This document shows, one piece after another, positions 27,425-32,000 of a stretch of DNA of 32,000 bases (positions within the stretch are counted from its first letter, which is position 1; each line of letters starts with the position of its first letter). The notes below the pieces were generated by a model. That model worked only from the letters and a program-made list of their open reading frames with translations, searched no databases and had not been told where the DNA came from. The position numbers and the translations under genes are program-made. Source of the stretch: Kineococcus radiotolerans SRS30216 = ATCC BAA-149 (GTDB lineage Bacteria > Actinomycetota > Actinomycetes > Actinomycetales > Kineococcaceae); contig NC_009664.2 in assembly GCF_000017305.1 (NCBI RefSeq), forward strand, positions 2,820,001 to 2,852,000, written 5' to 3'.

Positions 27425-28527
27425 GTTCGACGACCGAGCGCGCCGGGACGACGTACGCCGACGCGGGGGTCGACGTCGTCGCGGGCGACCGCGCCGTGGA
27501 GCTCATGAAGGCGTCCGTGGCGCGCACCCAGGGCCCCGAGGTCGTCGGCGGCTTCGGCGGCTTCGCCGGCCTCTACGACGTCTCGGCCCTCAAGGACTAC
27601 CGCCGCCCCCTGCTGGCGACGAGCACCGACGGCGTCGGCACCAAGGTCGCGATCGCGCAGGCCGTCGACAAGCACGACACCATCGGCGCCGACCTCGTCG
27701 GCATGGTCGTCGACGACGTCGTCGTGTGCGGGGCGACGCCGCTGTTCATGACCGACTACATCGCCTGCGGGCGCGTCGTCCCCGAGCGGATGGCGGCCAT
27801 CGTCGCCGGCATCGCCCGGGCCTGCGAGGAGGCCGGGGTCGCGCTGGTCGGCGGGGAGACCGCCGAGCACCCGGGTCTGCTCGGCCCGGAGGAGTACGAC
27901 GTGGCCGGCGCGGTCACCGGGGTCGTCGAGGCCGACGAGCTGCTCGGTGCCGAGCGCGTCGAGGTCGGGGACGTGCTCGTCGCGATGGCGAGCTCGGGTC
28001 TGCACTCCAACGGCTACTCGCTGGTCCGGCGGGTCTTCGCCGACGCCGGCTGGGCCTACGACCGGCACGTGGAGGAGTTCGGGCGCACGCTGGGCGAGGA
28101 GCTGCTGACCCCCACCCGCATCTACGCCCGGCCCGCCCTCGCGACGCTGGCCTCCGGCGGGGTGCACGCCATGAGCCACGTCACCGGCGGGGGGCTCGCC
28201 GCGAACCTGGCGCGCTGCCTGCCCGCGCACGTGACGGCCGTGGTGGACCGCACCACGTGGACGCCCGGGGCGGTCTTCGGCCTGGTGCGCGACCTGGGAC
28301 GGGTGCCCGCCGACGACCTCGAACGGACCCTCAACCTGGGCGTCGGCATGCTGGCCGTCGTGCGGGCCGACAGCGTGGACGCCGTCGTGCGCAGCGTCGA
28401 GGGAGCGGGCATTCCGGCGTGGGTGTGCGGTGAGGTCCGGGAACGGACCGACGCGGACGGGGAGAGCAACGGGAAGGGTGTCGCAGGAGGCGTGACGCTC
28501 CTCCAGGGCCGCCACCGGGGTTGGTGA
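27421..28527 (+). CDS. purM: Phosphoribosylformylglycinamidine cyclo-ligase (AIR synthetase)
   Basis: The GTG at 27421 overlaps the purF TGA. The motifs YADAGVDV, GGFGGFAGL, LATSTDGVGTK, DLVGMVVDD, GGETAEHPG and SSGLHSNGYSL are present. Confidence 0.95.
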   Translation: MSSTTERAGTTYADAGVDVVAGDRAVELMKASVARTQGPEVVGGFGGFAGLYDVSALKDYRRPLLATSTDGVGTKVAIAQAVDKHDTIGADLVGMVVDDVVVCGATPLFMTDYIACGRVVPERMAAIVAGIARACEEAGVALVGGETAEHPGLLGPEEYDVAGAVTGVVEADELLGAERVEVGDVLVAMASSGLHSNGYSLVRRVFADAGWAYDRHVEEFGRTLGEELLTPTRIYARPALATLASGGVHAMSHVTGGGLAANLARCLPAHVTAVVDRTTWTPGAVFGLVRDLGRVPADDLERTLNLGVGMLAVVRADSVDAVVRSVEGAGIPAWVCGEVRERTDADGESNGKGVAGGVTLLQGRHRGW

Positions 28528-28568
28528 CGGTCGTGCAGGGGCGGCACGCCTCCAGCGATGCCTTCGAA

Positions 28569-28591
28569 GTGCTGCGGCCAGGCCGCAGCAC
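28569..28591. terminator. Hairpin between convergent purM and the DUF3073 gene (bidirectional terminator candidate)
   Basis: GTGCTGCGG (28569-28577) pairs with CCGCAGCAC (28583-28591) across the loop CCAGG. A second stem, CCGAGC-N7-GCTCGG (28592-28610), spans the DUF3073 stop. Confidence 0.4.
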
Positions 28592-28600
28592 CCGAGCGGA

Positions 28601-28858
28601 TCAGGCTCGGCGCTTGGACGACCACTCGTCGTAGTCGTCGGTCGCGGTGTACTTCGACCAGTCCTCGGACTCGTCGTCCGATTCGTCGTCTTCAACGTCA
28701 GACACCGGCGCCTCCTGGGCGGCGGGCCGCCCGATCTGACGGTACGGGTCGGGCCCGTGAAGCTCACGTTGCAGCGCGTTGTAGTCGGTATCGGGGCTGT
28801 AGTACTTCAGCTCCCGAGCGACCTTCGTCTGCTTGGCCTTCTGACGGCCGCGCCCCAT
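28601..28858 (-). CDS. DUF3073 family protein (basic N-terminus, acidic C-terminus)
   Basis: MGRGRQKAKQTKVARELKYYSP... is the conserved actinobacterial DUF3073 N-terminus. The position next to purM matches mycobacteria. GAGGGGG lies upstream of the ATG. Confidence 0.85.
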   Translation of the reverse strand: MGRGRQKAKQTKVARELKYYSPDTDYNALQRELHGPDPYRQIGRPAAQEAPVSDVEDDESDDESEDWSKYTATDDYDEWSSKRRA

Positions 28859-29075
28859 GGCGTCGACCCCCTCGCGCGTCGGCCGGGGCAGGCTGAGCTG
28901 ACCCCGGAGCAGCTGTCATCTCTCCGTGGCACCAACGGTACATGCCCGCGAGACCTTCCGGCATCCCGGTGGTCCGGGTCGCACCCTGGACGGAGCACCC
29001 GGCGGGCCCGCGGACCCTCCCGGCATGCGCTTAGCTGTGCCCGTGAGCAGCGCAGGAGGCGGCGGAGGCCGTCGG

Positions 29076-30473
29076 GTGGTGGCCGGGGTCGACTCCTCGA
29101 CCCAGTCGTGCAAGGTCGTCGTGCGCGACGCGACGACGGGTGAGCTGCTGCGGATCGGGCGGGCCCGGCACCCCGAGGGGACCGAGGTCGACCCCGACCG
29201 CTGGTGGCGCGCCCTGGAGGAGGCCGTGGCCGACGCGGGCGGGCTCGACGACGTCGACGCGCTGGCCGTCGGCGCGCAGCAGCACGGCTCGGTCCTCCTC
29301 GACGAGGACGGCGAGGTCGTCCGTCCCGCGCTGCTGTGGAACGACGGCCGCTCGGCGGCCGCCGCCGAGGCGCTGACCGCGGAGCTCGGCGGCCCGCAGG
29401 CGTGGGCCGAGCAGGTCGGCAGCGTCCTCGTCGCCTCCCTGACCATCACCAAGCTGCGCTGGATCGCCGAGCACGAACCCGCCCACGCGGCGCGGACGGC
29501 CTCGGTCTGCCTGCCGCACGACTGGCTGACCTGGAAGCTGGCCGGCGCGGGCGGGGCCCGCCTCGTCACCGACCGCGGCGACGCCAGCGGCACGGGCTAC
29601 TGGTCGCCCACCGGCGGCTACCGCACCGACCTGCTGCGCACCGCCTTCGGCGCGACGCCGGAGCTGCCCGACGTCCTCGCCCCCGCGGAGTCCGCGGGCC
29701 CCACCGCCAGCGACCTCTCCCGCGGGGCCCGGCTGGGCCCGGGCACCGGCGACAACATGGCGGCCGCCCTCGGGGTCGGCGCCCGCGTGGGCGACGTCGT
29801 CGTCTCCATCGGGACCTCCGGCGTGGTGAGCGTCGTCAGCGACCTCGCGACCCACGACCCGAGCGGGCTGGTCGCCGGCTTCGCCGACGCCACCGGCCGC
29901 TACCTGCCGCTGGTGTGCACCCTCAACGCCGCCCGCGTCCTGGACTCCGCCGCCCGGATGCTCGGGGTCGACCACGCCGAGCTCTCCCGGCTGGCGCTGT
30001 CCGCCCCGGCCGGCAGCGACGGGCTGGTCCTGGTGCCGTACCTGGAGGGGGAGCGCACCCCGGTCCGCCCTGACGCCACCGGGGCCCTGCACGGGCTCAC
30101 CCTGTCCACCTCCACCCCCGCCCACGTGGCCCGCGCCACCGTCGAGGGGCTGCTGTGCGGGCTGGCCGACGGCCTGGACGCCCTCGTCGCCCAGGGCGTC
30201 GAGATCGGCCGGGTCGTGCTCGTCGGCGGCGGCGCGCGCTCGGAGGCCGTGCGCCGCCTGGCACCGGCCGTCCTGGCCCGCCCGGTCGTCGTCCCCGAAC
30301 CGGGGGAGTACGTCGCCGACGGCGCGGCCCGGCAGGCCGCCTGGGTGCTCACCGGCGGCGAGGCCCCGCCGGACTGGACCCTCGGCGCGTCGCGGACCTT
30401 CGAGGCCGACCCGACCCCGCACGTGCGGGAGCGCTACGCGCAGGTGCGCGACCTCACCGCGAACCGCCTCTGA
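29076..30473 (+). CDS. xylB: FGGY-family carbohydrate kinase, probable xylulokinase
   Basis: [16 protein letters not shown] at the N-terminus, [19 protein letters not shown] and [11 protein letters not shown] are present. The GTG at 29076 lies 7 nt after GGAGG; the ORF-track start at 28926 is probably too long. Confidence 0.8.
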   Translation: MVAGVDSSTQSCKVVVRDATTGELLRIGRARHPEGTEVDPDRWWRALEEAVADAGGLDDVDALAVGAQQHGSVLLDEDGEVVRPALLWNDGRSAAAAEALTAELGGPQAWAEQVGSVLVASLTITKLRWIAEHEPAHAARTASVCLPHDWLTWKLAGAGGARLVTDRGDASGTGYWSPTGGYRTDLLRTAFGATPELPDVLAPAESAGPTASDLSRGARLGPGTGDNMAAALGVGARVGDVVVSIGTSGVVSVVSDLATHDPSGLVAGFADATGRYLPLVCTLNAARVLDSAARMLGVDHAELSRLALSAPAGSDGLVLVPYLEGERTPVRPDATGALHGLTLSTSTPAHVARATVEGLLCGLADGLDALVAQGVEIGRVVLVGGGARSEAVRRLAPAVLARPVVVPEPGEYVADGAARQAAWVLTGGEAPPDWTLGASRTFEADPTPHVRERYAQVRDLTANRL

Positions 30474-31257
30474 GGGTGCGGTGGGCGTGCGCCTCGGCCA
30501 GCACGGCGTCGCGGGTGAGGGAGGGGTCGTCGGCCACCCAGCCCACCGAGAGGCCGACGTGGACGCCCGCCTGCACGGCGCCGACGCTGCGCCGCAACCG
30601 CTCGGCGAGGGCCTGCACGTGCGTGGCGGGCACCGCCTCGACGAGGACCACGAACTCGCCCCCGCCCAGGCGGGCCACGGTGTCACCGGCCCGGACCTCC
30701 GCGGCCAGCCGCCGGGCGACCTCCACCAGGACCGCGTCACCGGCTCCCCCGGGGCCCTCGACGCCGCACCGCAGGACGAACGTGCGCAGGGCGGGGTCGG
30801 CCCGGGCCCGGGTCCGGGAGCGCTCCCAGCGGCCCTCCAGCGCCGTGCGGTCGAGCGGCCCCGCCGGGGCGTCGCGCCCGTCGCGGGGGCCGGGCGCGCG
30901 CTCGCCGGCGAGGCGGTGGGAGACGTCCCAGGCCGCGACCACGAGGTGGTTCCCGCCCCGGGTGCGGGCGAGGACCTCCAGGCGCACCTCCGGGCGCGCC
31001 GCGGGCCGCAGCCGCAGCGGCCCGGGACGTTCCCCCGGACGGCGCAGCGCGGCGGCCAGCGCCGCCCGCGCCCGCTCCCGGTCCGCGGCGAGCACGAGGT
31101 CGAGGGCGTCGGTGCCGACCAGCGCCGACGGGTCGGCCAGGACGAGCTCCCCCAGCCCCGGCGAGGCCCACTGCACGCTCGTCCCCGACAGCAGCGCGGT
31201 GGCGGGGGCCGCGGCGGCCAGGGCCCGCCAGTCCGGGCTGGCTCCCCGCGGGGTCAC
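30454..31257 (-). CDS. PAS-like plus degenerate GGDEF domain protein (GGGEF, RxxD I-site retained)
   Basis: The 3' 267 codons of ORF 30454..31821. The GTG at 31257 overlaps the upstream TGA. The key motif is [20 protein letters not shown]. The upstream ORF portion runs across tRNA genes and is not coding. Confidence 0.75.
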   Translation of the reverse strand: MTPRGASPDWRALAAAAPATALLSGTSVQWASPGLGELVLADPSALVGTDALDLVLAADRERARAALAAALRRPGERPGPLRLRPAARPEVRLEVLARTRGGNHLVVAAWDVSHRLAGERAPGPRDGRDAPAGPLDRTALEGRWERSRTRARADPALRTFVLRCGVEGPGGAGDAVLVEVARRLAAEVRAGDTVARLGGGEFVVLVEAVPATHVQALAERLRRSVGAVQAGVHVGLSVGWVADDPSLTRDAVLAEAHAHRTLRGGSR

Positions 31258-31574
31258 GCCCGTGCGCTGCCGGCCCGTCGCGCGAGGCCGTCGCCGATCC
31301 CGGCCAGGACGGCCGCGGCCGCGGTGGTCGTCAGCACCGCCGGCCAGGGGCCGAGGCGCCGCGACAGCGGGTGCGAGAGACCCACCAGGCCGACGGTGCC
31401 CGCGGCGAGGGCGGCGGCGAGGGCGGGGGAGCCCCCCGCCCAGCGGGGGAGGGCGGCGCCCAGGCCCGCGGCGAGGGCGACCCCGGCGAGCTTCCGGTTG
31501 CCCGTCCGGCGCCCGATCGCGTACCCCCCGAGGACCGCGGGAGCGATGAGGACGGGGCTCGGGATCGCAGGCAC
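31254..31574 (-). CDS. Hypothetical Gly/Ala-rich small membrane protein (106 aa)
   Basis: GC3 is very high throughout and there are about 3 hydrophobic segments. The stop overlaps the GGDEF gene start. There is no obvious SD before the GTG at 31574. Confidence 0.5.
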   Translation of the reverse strand: MPAIPSPVLIAPAVLGGYAIGRRTGNRKLAGVALAAGLGAALPRWAGGSPALAAALAAGTVGLVGLSHPLSRRLGPWPAVLTTTAAAAVLAGIGDGLARRAGSARA

Positions 31575-31607
31575 GGCAGGAGGTTAGCTCCCCGAGCTGG
31601 GAACGAC

Positions 31608-31639
31608 GAAGGCCCCGGCGCCAGGGCGCCGGGGCCTTC
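31608..31639 (-). terminator. Strong hairpin downstream of tRNA-Phe (terminator of the tRNA cluster)
   Basis: GAAGGCCCCGGCGCC (31608-31622) is the perfect reverse complement of GGCGCCGGGGCCTTC (31625-31639). On the minus strand it is followed by GTCGTTCC. Confidence 0.55.
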
Positions 31640-31658
31640 GATCGAGCTTCGTTCCAGG

Positions 31659-31731
31659 TGGCCAGGAGCGGGGTCGAACCGCTGACCTTCCGATTTTCAG
31701 TCGGACGCTCTACCAACTGAGCTACCTGGCC
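31659..31731 (-). tRNA. tRNA-Phe (anticodon GAA)
   Basis: The reverse complement folds as a cloverleaf: acceptor GGCCAGG/CCTGGCC, D-arm GCTC-AGTTGGTA-GAGC, anticodon loop CTGAAAA, T-arm AGCGG-TTCGACC-CCGCT. 73 nt; CCA is not encoded. Confidence 0.95.
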
Positions 31732-31762
31732 GTGCCGGGCCGGGTGAAACCGGCACGACGAG

Positions 31763-31836
31763 CGACCCCGACGGGACTCGAACCCGCGACCTCCGCCGTG
31801 ACAGGGCGGCGCGCTAACCAACTGCGCTACGGGGCC
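31763..31836 (-). tRNA. tRNA-Asp (anticodon GTC)
   Basis: Reverse complement GGCCCCGTAGCGCAGTTGGTTAGCGCGCCGCCCTGTCACGGCGGAGGTCGCGGGTTCGAGTCCCGTCGGGGTCG. The anticodon loop is CTGTCAC. Confidence 0.95.
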
Positions 31837-31937
31837 TCAGAGAGGCCTTTTCTTGCTGGCCTTGCGTGCTTGCAGAGAAGACCTTACCCGATGTCGGCGG
31901 TGGTCGTGACCACCTCCGGACCAGCCGGTCCACCGCG

Positions 31938-32000
31938 TACCCCCAACGGGATTCGAACCCGTGCTACCGCCTTGAAAGGGCGGCGTCCTAGGCCACTAAA
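31938..32000 (-). tRNA. tRNA-Glu (anticodon TTC), with the 5' end cut by the window edge
   Basis: Reverse complement ...AGTGGCCTAGGACGCCGCCCTTTCAAGGCGGTAGCACGGGTTCGAATCCCGTTGGGGGTA. The anticodon loop is CTTTCAA. Confidence 0.9.

Noticed and set aside
31258-31821. N-terminal extension of ORF 30454..31821 (a 455-aa GGDEF protein).
   Set aside because: It runs through the small membrane-protein gene frame region, the terminator hairpin, tRNA-Phe and tRNA-Asp. The GGDEF protein starts at the GTG at 31257, which overlaps the upstream stop.
31575-32000. tRNA cluster as an integration site for a genomic island.
   Set aside because: The window has no integrase, no direct repeat of a tRNA 3' end, and no compositional shift. 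The Glu-Asp-Phe cluster near purM is conserved actinobacterial synteny.

Overview
Very GC-rich, actinobacterial-type chromosomal DNA: third codon positions are almost all G/C, and the many long Arg/Pro/Gly-rich antisense ORFs are artefacts. The window is bounded by purine-biosynthesis synteny, with a possible purL tail at the left edge, then sterol-carrier-like gene, purF, purM, DUF3073 and a tRNA Glu-Asp-Phe cluster at the right. Between these lie: (i) a small membrane-protein/winged-helix regulator unit, DUF4193, an APH-family kinase and a UPF0303 protein; (ii) a myo-inositol catabolic island at about 3.5-17 kb (iolT, iolR, iolC, Cgl0159-type aldolase, iolB, iolD, iolE, a sugar ABC transporter, iolG, iolH); (iii) an ECF41 sigma factor with its divergent NmrA/epimerase-like partner; (iv) a photolyase-like gene whose domains appear to be in reversed order; (v) a tandem glycine riboswitch driving gcvT-sdaA; (vi) a LysR/MFS pair with a perfect 12-bp x8 in-frame repeat; (vii) xylulokinase and a PAS-GGDEF protein with a degenerate active site. 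I saw no CRISPR array, transposase, integrase, phage gene or recognisable defence gene. Most of the window is ordinary metabolism. The item most worth follow-up is the apparently permuted Fe-S-type photolyase/cryptochrome homologue. All homology calls come from reading the translations, not from database searches.
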